Part shown: positions 49,658-63,841 of the stretch, in pieces | Layout: every line of letters starts with the position of its first letter | Numbering within the stretch: the stretch's first letter is position 1 | Origin: Leucoraja erinacea | Lineage: Eukaryota | Direction of reading: 5' to 3' | Length of the DNA: 64,000 nt | Assembly (NCBI RefSeq): GCF_028641065.1 | Contig: NC_073394.1 | Span: 16,616,001 to 16,680,000 of the forward strand | Position numbers and translations under genes: made by a program | Notes under the pieces: model-generated | The model's input: only the letters and a program-made list of their open reading frames with translations | Told to the model about the DNA's origin: nothing | Database searches by the model: none

Positions 49658-52419
49658 GTAAGGAGAGAGGGATAAAACCCTTTTGAAGTGTTGCTAATTC
49701 AGTCTATTCACTTGCACTTTCATGTTAAATGGTGAAAATGATAAAACTGTAGAGGAAGACGTTAAAACATAGAGGACCATCTCTGGGAAAGATCAAAGAA
49801 TGTTATTCAGTAGAAGAGAGTAAAACTTCAGTTGTAAAGTATGTTTAATTGATTTTTTTTGGCAGTGAAAATATGTGGGTTTTAAGAAGAAATCTCATAC
49901 CTGAGTAAATCGCGTGTTTTTCTCTTGCTAGTTTTATTTCAACACCTTTGCAAAAGGCTAAGGTCTAACGTGCAAAGCAAACAGATAGATGAAAATGGTA
50001 ATATTAGATTATACACAGATAAGCAGTGTGACACCGTTTGTATTTGGTAAAATAATAAACGTATGGAGAATTGAGTTGGAGGTCCTAACTCTTGCAAAGG
50101 AGCGTGTCCACAGAGAAAAGAGATGCAATTCCATTCTGTGCACAGTTGGCAAGCAGAGAACATTCTTGTATCATTTCCAATTTGAAATAAACCTCCAAAA
50201 TAATCCACAATAAATTAAAATTGTGGCTCCCCAGGGGCATGCACCCTTGCAAGACCCAGAGATGGCATCAGCTGTTACTGGAATCTTTCTCTGTTGGGAG
50301 TTGTGGACCTGAGGATTAGTATTTAATTATTGTTCGCAACCTGTATTTGTTTTGTTTTTTTTAATTGTTGTGGGAGATTTGTGGTGAGTTCTCTATATTG
50401 GCAGTGCTCTACCTCTCCTTACAGTGAGGTTTTCCTTGAAATAAGAAGCGTGCAAATCAGGTACCTCTGCTTAAGTTTCAGGGCCATTTTAATTGTTGTT
50501 ACAGGTGACATTGAATGTGTGAGAGGTGATAAAAAGAATTGTAGGTTTATTAAATAATATAACATATCAATTCTAATATGATGGTATAATATGAAACATT
50601 ACAATGTAAACATTTAGTTTAAACTTTTGATTACTGCTGGTCGCATTTGCTCCTTATGTCCTGAAAGACTATTTATCAAGGCAATATAACAAATATCATA
50701 TTTCACAACGTGACAAAAAAAACAATGTATGGGCTTTTTATATTATAAAATATTTGTTGGTATTGTGCTCTGAAACAGAATACTGATTACTAAAGGGAAC
50801 ATAATTAAATGGTGCTATTAAATAGAATTAATCATAGCTGTATGCTAAAAATAAAATTAAATTGTACTTTCATTATATTTTCAGTCCATTATTAAGTAGA
50901 AGACAAGCTTGTGTGCTTCTAGTGGGATCGGTATTTTTTTTCTCTTCAGGAAATTTGAAACTGATTAAAGTCACACAGTTCAGTAGTCAATGATTTATGT
51001 TAGTCTTAAAAATGTACATTCAAAGGGGCAGTGATTTTTTTTTGAGTTGTATCTAGTTTAAAAATCGGAATAAAAGCAGATGGATTGCTATAATAACGTT
51101 GTTAAAACTTTCCAAAAGTAAAATGATGATGGATGAGAGAATTTCAGAGATGTGACTATTAATTCCAAAATGTCATCATTTCAACAACAGCAACTACAGA
51201 GTTTTAGACTACAGCTGAACAAATGGATTAATTAATTCACAGGACTTTTCTCCAATTTCTTCCATTAAAAAAAAAAGCTGGGAAATTTCATCCCTTGTTA
51301 CCACAGAATTGAAGGGTTGATTAAATATTTCTGCTTATCAGTATTCAATCTCGTTGAGGTTTAAACTGATTGGCTTACAGTATCAAGCTTGGATTAAGAG
51401 AAAAACGTGGTAATTATGTCTGTGAAACTGCCATTTGCTATCATAGGCTGAGCAGTAGTGTTACTCTATTTAAATTATAGGACTTTGAGGGGTCTCTTGC
51501 TATGTATTTAAAAATCAACTGAGCTGAAGTTTTTGAAATATCTATTTCCTAAACAAGAGTCAATTTATTTCGTACTCACATAAACTATTTGCAAAAATCA
51601 GCTTCCTGATATTTGCCCAATATTCACTCTTCCTCTCAAAAAGTGTAAACTGGTGTTACTTCAGAATTAAAACATGTGTATGGCCATAATAATTTTATTA
51701 TATGTTGGCAAAAACCATTGGCAATAAATGTGTCTAATTTTGGCAATTCTTCAAGTCAATATGAAGAATCAAGCAAATAAACTGGAGCTTGATGTTGTTA
51801 CATTAATTAAAAACTTAAAGAACAAGTAACAACAGAATAATTCCAGATAATAGTCAAGAGAAATTACTTCTGAAAAATTCCAATTCCTAGAGTTGTAGAG
51901 AGAGCCAAACGTAGAGATCCCTTTAGTTTATTGTCCATGTTGAGCGTCAACAATACTTTCTGTACACTTAAATCTACCATAGCACATTTTATTCATAAAC
52001 ATTAACTTTGACCCTTCCCCTTAGACCTGTGTGATCAAGGAGAAATGTAATATAGTCATACCAACCCAGTGCGAGGTGAATACTTGCTCACTGGTTAGAA
52101 TTGCCTGTAATTTTACTGGAATTAACATTAAAGTGAGATCAGCTACAATAAATATGATCAGGCTGATGAAGAGGGCTTTGTGATTTAGACAATTAGTGTA
52201 TAAAATAACTACATCTGAGATATGAGCGGTTTGTCTTTGACAAAACATTTTTTGAGTTCATTTGTTTCAGGGACTGGGACAATGTTGCATGCGATACAAA
52301 AGCACCATTGTTTGAAAAGACAGGCAGTTTGTATTTTGTCAGATGTAGGGACAGACCCATATTTTTTCTATTGTGACTTCAAGCACCAAAATAGAACATG
52401 TAAAAAGTGAATAACTGAA

Positions 52420-53720
52420 AGGGACCAGATGGACTATAGTCCAGGGTTTTGAAAGAGGTAGCTTTGTGGATTGTGGAGGCACTAATTGTGATCTTTCAAG
52501 AATGACTAGAATCAGGAGTGGTTCCAGAGGATTGGAAAATTGCAGATGTTACTCCGCTGTTCAAGAAGGGAACGAGGCAAAAGAGGGGAAACTATAGGAT
52601 GGTTAACCTGACTTCAGCGGTAGGTAAGGATTTAGAGTTCAAGTTTAAGGATGAGGTTTCAGAGTACTTTGAAGCACATGATAAAATAGGCCAAAGTCAG
52701 CGTGGTTTTGTGATGGGGTGATCTTGCCTGACCAATCAGTTGGAATTCTTTGAGGAAGTTAATAGCAAGAAGTTTGTGGATGTTGCTTACTTGGATTTTC
52801 AGAGGGCCTTTGATAAAGTGCCGCACATGAGACTGCTAAACAAGATGAGAGCCCATGGTATTAGATGGAAGATGATAGCATGCATTGTAAATTGGGTGAA
52901 TGGGTGAATAGCAGAAGGCAAAGAGTGGGAATTAATGGAGCTTTTTCTGGTTGGCTCTCAGTGACTAGTGGTGATCTGCAGGGGTCTGCTACTTTTCATG
53001 TTGTAAATTAATGATTTAAATGATGGAATTGGAATGGAATACTTTATGGAATACTTTATTGTCGCATGTGACAAGGCACAGTGAAATCCTTTGCTTGCAT
53101 ACCCAAGATATGCAAATAGTCGCCACATAAACAGCGCTGACAAAAGTTATTTTGAGATGACTAAAATATAAAAGCAAGGATGTAATGCTGAGGCTTTATG
53201 AGGCAATGGGCGGACCATATTTGGAGCATTGTGAGCAGTTTTAGGCTCCATATCTGTGGAGGGGTATGCTGACACTGGAGAGGGTCCAGAGGAGATTGAC
53301 AAAAATGATCCCAGTGATGTATGGGTTAATGTTTGGCTTGGTCTTTACTTGCTGGAATTTAGAAGAATGAGGGGGGACCTCTGAAACTTACAGAATGCTG
53401 GAAGGCCTATACAGAGTGGAAGTGGGGAGGATATTTCCACAAGTGGGAGGGCTAAGACCAGAGGACACGACCTCAGAACAGAGGACGTACCTTAAGAATG
53501 GAGATGAGGAGGAAGTTCTTTAGCCAGAGGGTGGTGAATCTGGGGAAGTGGAAGCCAAGTCATTAGGTATTTTTAAAGCAGAGATTGACAGGTTCTTGAT
53601 AAGTAAGGGTGACAAAGGTTACGGAAAGAAGACAGGAGAATGGGGATGAGAGGGAAAGCTCGATCAGCCATGATTGAATGACAGAGAAAACCCGATCCGC
53701 TCCTATGACTTAGGAACTTC
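52420..53720 (+). mobile_element. Decayed CR1 LINE ORF2
   Basis: VPEDWKIADVTPLFKKG...GNYR peptide through to CR1 3' UTR; small insert near 53030-53140. Confidence 0.88.
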
Positions 53721-53817
53721 TGAATATTTTTATAGTAGAATAGAAAGACCAAAATTACTTTTAACATGCACCATCTTAAACAACACCGACAAGTCCTACT
53801 CGATCTCCTGGCTGCTA

Positions 53818-54572
53818 ATATAGAAACATAGAAATTAGGTGCAGGAGTAGGCCATTCGGCCCTTCGAGCCTACACCGCCATTCAATATGATCATGGCTGA
53901 TCATCCAACTCAGTATCCCGTACCTGCCTTCTCTCCATACCCTCTGATCCCCTTAGCCACAAGGGCCACATCTAACTCCCTCTTAAATATAGCCAATGAA
54001 CTGGCCTCAACTACCCTCTGTGGCAGAGAGTTCCAGATATTCACCACTGTGTGAAAAAAGTTTTTCTCATCTCGGTTTTAAAGGATTTCCCCCTTATCCT
54101 TAAGCTGCGACCCCCTTGTCCTGTTCTTCCCCAACATCGGGAACAATCTTCCTGCATCTAGCCTGTCCAACCCCTCAAGAATTTTGTAAGTTTCTATAAG
54201 ATCCCCTCTCAATCTCCTAAATTCTAGAGAGTATAAACCAAGTCTATCCAGTCTTTCTTCATAAAACAGTCCTGACATCCCAGGAATCAGTCTGGTGAAC
54301 CTTCTCTGCACTCCCTCTATGGCAATAATGTCCTTCCTCAGATTTGGAGACCAAAACTGTACGCAATACTCCAGGTGTGGTCTCACCAAGACCCTGTACA
54401 ACTGCAGTAGAACCTCCCTGCTCCTATACTCAAATCCTTTTGCTATGAAAGTTAACATACCATTCGCTTTCTTCACTGCCTGCTGCACCTGCATGCCCAC
54501 TTTCAATGACTGGTGTACCATGACACCCAGGTCTTGCTGCATCTCCCCTTTTCCTAATCGGCCACCATTTAG
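53818..54572 (-). mobile_element. Young CR1 LINE 3' fragment
   Basis: ORF 54078-54542 and catagaaa tail; near-identical to 19758-20405. Confidence 0.92.
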
Positions 54573-54699
54573 ATTTTAAGTCCACTTCTCATTCCCATAC
54601 TGATCTTTCTGTCCTGGGCAGCCTCCATTGCTAGAGTGAGGCCACACGCAAATTGGAGGAACAGCACTTCATATTCCACTCGGGTAACCCCCCCCCCAC

Positions 54700-55030
54700 C
54701 GACGTGTTTATTCTAGGATAACACATTGCTGCATTGTGGAAACACTACACTGTGATGCTGTGATAAACTGGCCTAATTTCTATTCTTTGATAGAAAAGAG
54801 CCCGTGACAATTTTCTGGAAGGAACGCGCAGGTTGTCCACATTTATCACATAATCAGCATTACTGTAGGGAAAAATAAAACTGGATTATCTGGTTATTAT
54901 CCCATTGCTGTTTATTGGACCTTGTAATTCCAAAATTGACCACCAAATTTGCTAACTTACATTAAATTCTTCACAACCAATCTAGTAATTTAAGAACTTT
55001 TCAGAAATGAGGTCTATAATGCAAGTTCTA
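54700..55030 (+). mobile_element. Ancient Deu-domain SINE remnant (SacSINE/AmnSINE-like)
   Basis: gattatctggttattatcccattgctgttt...aaattgac...ctataatgcaagt resembles the Deu core and tail as remembered; heavily decayed. Confidence 0.4.
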
Positions 55031-58000
55031 TTCTGTATGCTTATCTTACAGAAATCGTGCTAATTTGCTGTAATAGTGATAAAAGCTGCATAACATTAGT
55101 TTAATAAACGTAAGCCCATGCCCAACACCATAGTGGAAGGGAACAAAATAGAGCAAATACTGGACATTTTAGCAAGCCAAAAATAAACTTTGCTCCGACG
55201 CAGATCGCACAATCAAAAGGTATGCTGTGGGGTATCTGGAACCTCTCTATGATGGATCAGAATAGTATAATGATCATCAGTCATTCTATTATCACTTTTA
55301 GTCCTTTCTGATAGGACAGTGGTTGCATCACAAAGGTAAAATGCTTTCCATAAATGATAAAAGTTTACAGCTTGAATTTGTTCTCAATAGTTTGTACTGG
55401 TACAAAATGTGGCTTACACTAGCATATTTATCAACTGGAACTGGAACTTTACTTTATGTTTAAAGTTAATGAAATACTAAGTCACAGGGCACTTAGTGCG
55501 TGTTTCTAACATTAAATTTTGCAATGGGAGTAATACATCTTGTTCATGGTCTCAATCCATGACAAAACTAAGCTGACAAATTGAATAATTCAAGCTAAAA
55601 CTGATGACCAAGTTTGTTTTTAGAAGTGGTATGGTTCCTAGAATACAAAACAAAATTACTCGTATGGTATCTTGCCTTACAAAATAGAATATTTTCAAAG
55701 TAAAATAAATAGCAAAAGTATAATGTGATCTTGAATATTCTACTGCCTCATCCTATTTATTGGAACTCTGATGTAAACAGTTAAGTTTACATCAGGTAAC
55801 CTGGAAGGTAAATTATTTTAATTTCTATTACTTTAATTGCATAATTGTTGTCTGATCAATTAAAATCAGTTTATCCCAAAGACCCACAGACATCGAGTTG
55901 GATCATTTTGAAATGTTGTAAATAGTTTCCTCCTTAGTTGAAGCAATGACAATGATAACTTACATTTTTACGTTACAATACTTGTATATTGTGTATTGTA
56001 AACATTTGTCAGGGTAATTCAAGTAATTTGTTTCAGAGCCAATGACACAGATATCGGGAGGGGAGACAAAGGCTTGGGTCAAAGCATGGAACCTCTTAAT
56101 TTCACTCACCCCCCCCCTTTTTCCTTCTCCCCGACCCACCATCTGATATATTGCAAAATATTTGACTTTGTTACTACTGAATCAAATTTTCAAATTCCAG
56201 TCTCAAATTTTTGAAACTTTTTTTTAACCTTGTTGAAGTCACAGGGGAATTATTAACAGATTATATAAGATTCCCATGTAGGTCTAGGATTAATCATTTG
56301 ACAGCTCTTTAAGCATCTTAAACCAGCAGGATTGACTATGATAATTGTCAAAGTCCTGGGATCTGGTTTTTATACTTGCATTCTATGGTAGAAAATGGTA
56401 TAAAAGGACGTGGAACCATTTTTCTTTATTAAAAGGCATAGCATTTTTAACTAGAGTAGTTGAAAAAAGAGAATAATGTGGGATGGAAGCTAATTTAAAG
56501 TCAACCTCATTCGACGTGCAAATATGCTGTTAGTTTTCACTGCCAGACAGTATATATACAGTCAGAGCAATAAAGATGTAATTCATTAGGCTGTTATTGC
56601 ATATCATACATGGGCCCTGATTTAGTAGCTCCTCTTTTCAACATGAATGTGCCTTCAGTAATTAAAAACGTAAGTTAAATATCTTTATGCATGAACAATA
56701 TGCATTCAAGGTTGGGAATGGCAAAACTGATGTATATCCACGTTGCAAGTGTTTCTGTCCTCATTGTTCCACAATTGTTTCTTTTTCGTGTACAGCAGAG
56801 AAATTGAATTACTCACAGCTGGTGTACACATGGCAACACCATGCCTATATATAATTTAAATAGAAGGAGCAATAAAAAAATAATGCGGAAGAAGTCATTT
56901 GACCTATAATTTATGATCAGGTCTTTGCCTGATGGTCTACATTGCTACTTGCTCAAACAGCATTCATAAAATGTTCTTTTTTAATTTATTTCTTCATATT
57001 TAAACCTGTATTTCTTACAAAAGTTAAGTTCACCCCCCTCTGTCCCTCAACATGACTAATTCATTGTTCAATAAGTTTATTTTCATCTCTTTCTCCCCTG
57101 CCACCCATCCTTGAGCCAGTGAAGGATGTTAAAATATTAAATAAATGCAAGTTGGGTTTTGTTGATATTGACCATGATGCACAGCAGCAAATGTGATCTG
57201 AAAGGTAAACTATTGCTAAGAAGTCTTTTGGTTGATTGGCGATGAACTTTACTGAAACATTTCACTTGTTAACCCATGCAGATGTTTGGTAGGAGTTGAA
57301 AGCTCAACATTGAAGATTGCGGTTCAGTTGAGATTACAGTTTTTTCCAGTGAGCAGGATAGTTCCAGGTTAGGTAACATCCTGTGCTGAGCTGGCTGCTT
57401 GCAGACAGCCCCACACATTATATTTTGCACCAGTGGCTCGTAGTATGTTTCGTCAAGATTTTGCACTTTCCTGAAGGAGTACAAGGGGACAGAATTTAAC
57501 TATTCTAATGACCTCCCTCCACAGCTGAAAGACTGTCCAGATTACAGAACCAACTATAGTTCTTAACCATTACCACCCCTCCCCTCCCCAATATATTAGC
57601 CTACAGTTTTGCTTTAGCTTTATAAGTGGAACAGCAAAATTATTGTAACTAACTAAATTGGAGGCGTTACTTTAATCAGGTTTATGTAGCCCATCCCGGA
57701 ATCAAATAAACACAGCACGAGAGCTCATGTACAGTATGTTTTTTATTTTTACTCTGTGCTCATTGATAGAACCCTAAAATGTTTTGACTTTCTTCTTGCA
57801 AAGTAAAATGTTGTTGATATTAAAGAAAGCACATTCCAGATGTTTGAAAGCAGCATAGTAAAAACTGGCAAAGACTGGTTTGTGTCACTGTTGTTTGGGG
57901 TGAGAGCATCTGGGTTTGATGCATGATCTTATTCATACAACATGCTGAGTTTCTCCACAATGATAAGAAATTTGTACATGCGAGTAAATTCCAAATACAG

Positions 58001-58889
58001 GGTGCAGTGCTCATGGTCTATCCTTTATTTTCTGTTGGAATAATTTATTACAGAAATTATTTGACGTGTGTCAATTTTCTTCCAGGTAAAGGTGATGGCA
58101 GTACTGTGTCACCCAGTTCTTTTCCCTCCTCCATCAGCTCATTTAACCCCAACCACCCAGCTTCATGTTCCCTGTTTTTCTTCTCCCATGTTGTCCTGTC
58201 GCTTTGCATCCACAATCTCTCCCCCTGGTTCTACAGTTTACCCCCACCTTCATTCCTTATAGAATGTCACCATTCTCATCCCTTTGTCTTCTCCACTTAT
58301 CATCTTCAGACTTAGTTACTATATCCCCACCTGACTCTGCCAATCCACCTGTACTACCTGCATCCATCAATCACATGCTAATTCTTGCTCCACCCTTTCT
58401 CCTCGCCCTTCTCTACCAGCTTTCTCTGATCAAAACGCCCTCTGTACATTTCTCTCTACAGATGCTGCCTGACCCGCTGAGTTCCTCAAGCAGTTTGATT
58501 TTTAGACCATGCTAAGTCAGTAGAGCAATCAAATGTATATGTAAATGTTCTATTTAAATAAAATACTTAATTCTGTGTTTTTAGTAATTGGAGCAAAATG
58601 TTTAGGTACCTGGAAATATGAAACAAAATACAAAATGCTGGAAGCAGTCTGTAGATCAGGGAGTGTTTGTGGCGACAGAAACAGTATCAACGGTTCTAAT
58701 TGTGGAGCCTTCATCAAACTGGACATATGCGGAAAGAAGAATGTTTTAAGTTACAGAGAGTGGGAAGAATAGAAAGAACCGCAGAAATGCCAGTGATGGG
58801 GCAAAAGACCAAAGTTAACATCGAAAACTAGTAATCGGAGACAAAAATGAAATAAAAGGAAAAAATTGCAACTGAAGCATGCAACAAGA

Positions 58890-59285
58890 GTAGAGCAGCT
58901 GATAGAGCTGCTTTCTCACAGTGCCGGAAACCCAGGTTTGATCGTGACCTCCGGTGATACTTGTGTTCGGTATACAAGTTCTGTGACCGCGTGAATTTCT
59001 TCCAGGTGCTCCGGTTTCCTCCCACATCCCAAAGAAGTGCGGGTTTGCAAGTTAATTGGCTCTGTAAATTGTCCCTAGTATCTATGGAATGTATGTGAAA
59101 TTGAGATAAGATAACAGAACTAGTGTGAACAGTCTGAAGAAGGGTTTCGGCCCGAAACGTTGCCTATTTCCTTCGCTCCATAGATGCTGCTGCACCCGCT
59201 GAGTTTCTCCAGCTTTTTTGTGTAACCTAGTGTGAACAGATGATCGATCATTGGCGAGAACTTGGTGGGGCGAAGTATCTCTCAA
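58890..59285 (+). mobile_element. HE1-like SINE interrupted by a hammerhead-type mini-element
   Basis: V-domain ggtgctccggtttcctcccacatcccaaaga; insert at 59133-59226. Confidence 0.75.
59133..59226 (+). mobile_element. Penelope-derived hammerhead-type mini-element with 13-bp TSD
   Basis: tCTGAAGAagggtttcggcccGAAAcGTT; ctagtgtgaacag at 59120-59132 and 59227-59239. Confidence 0.85.
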
Positions 59286-59989
59286 TCAAAACATTTATGG
59301 TGAGTGGAAAAGAGAAAAATACACTTGCCTGAAATTGTTGAATTTGGTACTGATTCCTTGTTGCAACAGGCCCAGAGAATGAATGGATCTTGGTGCATCA
59401 GTACAAACCATTTACAGGTAGATCAAAGAGGAGTGGGAGGGAGATGTTAAAGATAAAGCAGTAGGAATTTGCATTGGTCAAAGCCATGTCTGTCTCTTCA
59501 TGTGACATGTCTTCATGTGACAATATTCGGGCCTGCCCTCTCAGCTGATTCCCTGACTGAATGTGGTAATGCTGCTTCCTGCACTTGGAACACAATTAAA
59601 ATTTATTTACAAAAAAAGACAAAAATTGCTGGAGTAACTCAGCGGGTCAGGCAGCACATCTGGAAAAACATCGCGACATTTTGGGTCGGGACTGATCCAT
59701 GTTTTCCTTTTTTTGTAAACCGAATTCTGCAGTTTCTTGTGTCTTACAATTATCATTACCTTTGTTGCCAATTGTGATATTGGCCTCTCCTTTCTCTGTC
59801 TCTGCATATATATTCTGCTGGATATTTCAGTTTCAGTTTGTTCTTTTGATTTCATTTCCCTCTCAAGCTGCTGATACTTGACGTACCTGAACTGCATCCC
59901 TTCACAGATGCCTCCTCTGTTCTCTTCACCCCTTCCTCCCAACCTTACTGCAATTAAAAACACACTCCTTTTCTCATTTTAATTTGTTT

Positions 59990-60960
59990 CTAGTCTTGTG
60001 AATTTTGCTTCATGCTAACAAATATTCCTGAAGAAATGGCGGACATACCCCACTACTGTCAATAAACCTGTTGAATAAGACAAACTTATGTGCTTGGGTA
60101 AATGTGCAGTTTGCTGCTATGTCTTCCGATGTAAGTAAGAATTTGTTTAATGACTTGGAGATTCTCCCTGATAATGTTCTTCCTGTTAAAGTTAGAGAAG
60201 TATAAAGTGTCCATGTTTGCCGATGACTTGAAAAGTAGGTGGGAGGGCAAATAGTAATATGGACATTTGAACTCAGCAATATGATATAAATGAAATGAAA
60301 TTAAACATAAAGTGAAAAAAAAAAGGAAATTGAGTTTAATGTGGGAAATTGTATGGTCATGAACATCAATAGGAAGCAAATTATTATTTAAATAGAGATA
60401 CATTGCAAAGGATACTGAGTTGGATGATCAGCCATGATCATATTGAATGGCGGTGCATGCTCAAAGGGCCGAATGGCCTACTCGCCTATTTTCTATGTTT
60501 CTATGAGCAGTTGACAAAGGATTTTGGTTCTCCTGTGCATGACATGGTTATTTTGCAGATGTAGGAAATAATTAAAAAGGCAAATGGAACATTAAACGTT
60601 ATTGCTAGGAGGATGGAGCTTAAATATTTTTGCTTTAATTGTAGTGAGGCCATACTTGTAGTACATGCACAGTTTTTGTTTCCTTTTGAAGAAAGGGTAT
60701 ACTGAAGAAGCCAGAAGATATTACTAGGCTAATTCATGGGCTGGGAGGGTTGGCCTATAATGGATGGCTAAAAATAGTTAGATCTGTATTCTTTAGAATT
60801 TGGAAGAATAATAAGGCATTTTTATTTAAAATATATAAGATTCAAAGGTGGCATCACATGGTAGGTGTTGAGATGTTCTCGCTGAAGAGTAGTTGAGGCC
60901 TGGGGCAGATCCTCACGAACACATTGTATAACGGTGCAGGCTTGAAGGACCTACTCAATT
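59990..60960 (+). mobile_element. Old CR1 fragment with a younger CR1 3' tail nested at about 60410-60505
   Basis: Decayed SMFADD, gcaaatggaacatt and ctgtattctttagaattt CR1 segments; intact 3' UTR and tctatgtttctatg inside. Confidence 0.65.
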
Positions 60961-62535
60961 CCCATCTTTCTTGTGTATGGTTATTTTGGTGTTGTCAGTT
61001 TGGTACTTAAGGTCACAAACATGAGCACAATTCAAGTTTCCATCTACTTCTCCTAATATCATAAACATTGTGCTTGGAACATCATAAATGTCCATGCAAA
61101 TGTGGCCAATTTTAATCACCACTTGAATTTTTCACTAATTACACCTGTTTACATTAGATCCTCGGGGACCAACATTTTTTTACAAAATTTAAGCTAGAAT
61201 CTTTTGACACAAGTGCTTCAAACTGAGCATTGTACCCAAACTAGTAAATAGTTTCAAAACTTGGACTGAATTCAAATCTAGTTACAAATTGTCAGTGGAT
61301 TGACATTGTGATTTAAGGTGCTTATATTATGTAATTGAACTCATTTTCACATTTATTATCAAACTTTACCAAGTTCAAACTCTTAAATATAAAAAGGGGT
61401 ATTTTTTAAAGCTTTTTAAAATTATAACAAATGCACGTGGTAGTAGGCCTTGCATTTCCCTGATTACAATTGGTCTGATCTTGGGCCTCAACTCTTACTC
61501 ACTCTCCAAAAACCTTTAATCTTCCCTCATCCTTTTTCTATCTTGGACGAATCATGTATGCCCATAACTTGGAGTCAATCATTCTAAACATTCACAATCC
61601 TTTATCAGTGAAATATCTTCATTTCCCCTTTAACATTTTGAGGTTCAATGGGATTGACATCTATTCGTCTGCGTGTTATACTGCACGGCCAGCTCACTCA
61701 TCCCAGAAATGAATACGTTAAAATGTTGGGTTGGTTTTGATCCGTTTCTGAGCTGTTTTATTTTAATTCTGATGTTAATTCATGAACTGGTAAATTCCTA
61801 GCATTTATAAGAGCATAAAATATAGGAATTTAAATAAATCAAGAAAGGTAAGCAGGCTGTTTATCAAATACTAATGTGCTCAATATTCGTATCTTTTTAT
61901 GCTATGGTTAGAATTGGCTGATGCCAGGTCTCCATGGCTATCAATATCTCCTAGACCATTGCTTAGAGGTGCAGAAGCCAAATACATTATTCTTTTTTGT
62001 TTTTCAGCTGTGATTAGCTGGCATTTAAGCATAGAACTCTGATCTGTGTGGCAAAATTTAATATTAACTCTGCACTTACACTTGTACTACATGGATATCC
62101 TCAGATATTTTCTCCACGGATATTGCCTGACCCACTGAGTAACTCCAGTACTTTGTGTTTTTGTATAATTCTGTCAGAGTGCAATTGTACAATTTCATAC
62201 ATTCTGTCATCTTCTCATTGCCAACAATCTCTTCTCCCCCCCCCCCCCAACTCCCGTCCTCCATCCAAATTTAGGGCTGGATTGTGTAGAAGTCAGATGG
62301 CGCAGTGCACTTTGTATTAGTGTTACAATTGAAAACCTAGTTATCAACGAATGAAAGTGATAATGAGCCATTTCCCGACACTGGAATTTTCCCCTTCCCC
62401 AGCTGGAATCAGTTTACTGAATCTTTGCTGCAGCCCTTCAATTCATACCAGTCAGGAGTGAGAACTTTAGCTGAGTTATTTTGTTATCCCACTCCCCTCT
62501 CCAGGGCTGTAGAACCTATTTGTAGCAGGTCTGCT

Positions 62536-63367
62536 ACAAAAAAATGTTGTAGCCTTCCAGACTTTTGCATTTGTTGCCTATGAATAACATACACATTCTT
62601 CTTGTATATTATCAGATCCAGTTCTACCTGCCATCCTTTTTTTCCTTTCCTCTCTGTGTGCATTCCCGCCTACTGGACTTGCACCAGTATAGTGGAACCA
62701 CGCTGTCAACAAATGACTAAACCATCCTAACTTATCCCTTCTGCCACATGTGTTCACTCTATCAGAGAAGTTTCCTAGCCAGAGACTATTGCCTTCCTCC
62801 CGTGTACTATTGAGATGGGAGGGTTGCGGTGAGTTGAGAGCGATGTGGTTAAAGTTTATTTTTCTTTCCCATTGTAATCTTTTCCTGTTGATTATATTTG
62901 ACCTCTTGAAAACTGCAGCCTGATTCCTGGAGTTGAATAACAAAACAAAAATAACTTTCATTTATTTTTGTTTGCCTTATCTCCAGAATATTTTTCTGCA
63001 TATCATGAAAGAATGGGCAATTCTCTGATATCCCTCAGCCTGTGATGGTTCATACAATGAAACAGAGTGGTGTTCGGGTGTTCAAATTCACAGAACAGTC
63101 TAATGCCATCTTGGAGCAATAATATATATATTTAGCAATGGCACAGAACAGAGTAATCACAGAACAGAAAACAGTAATCATCACACCAATCCAGGAGTGA
63201 TACATTCCAATTCCTACCAATTCTGAGATCAGCAGCTCAGCATAGATTGTGACTAGGTTTGTAACTTTGGAGGTTCTAGCACATCGGTCTGTGTACCACC
63301 TGATCCAATTATATTTGTTTCAACAAAAAAATGTTGCAGCCTTCCAGACTTTTGCATTTGTTGCCTA
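62536..63367 (+). repeat. 45-bp direct repeat pair (62536-62580 and 63323-63367) flanking 742 bp of unidentified sequence
   Basis: acaaaaaaatgttg(t/c)agccttccagacttttgcatttgttgccta, one mismatch. Confidence 0.9.
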
Positions 63368-63841
63368 CAAAAATGAGTTTGCTCTTCTCTGTAATCTTAA
63401 ACTATTTAATTTGGAGCTATGATATTTTTGTATTTTTGGCCTGGAAATAGCAAAAGTTGCCGCTTAATTTTTTCTATGCTTTGTAAGGTATGGGAGCAGA
63501 CACCTACTGAAGTGACATGCTGTGGAAGCCCCACACTAGTTCTGGTGGGATTGAGAAGGAATTTGTTGGCATGAATCATGTAAACCCTGTTGTGCATTGC
63601 CAAGGATGCACTTTGCAATCTTTTCTTTTGTAGAACATGTTAAATATGTATAATTACATAGTTGTGTACATCGCAGTAAATGGACTTTGGTTGAAGGCTG
63701 GAGTTAAAACAAGTGTAACACCACCACCAATGTGATACATCGATGAACAGTATTGGAGTGACCACTTTGGAAGAGTAGCGGGATAAAGAAGCAGGCAATC
63801 TGGTCTTCTAATGATTTCAAAACCATGGTGGTAGAGAGAGG

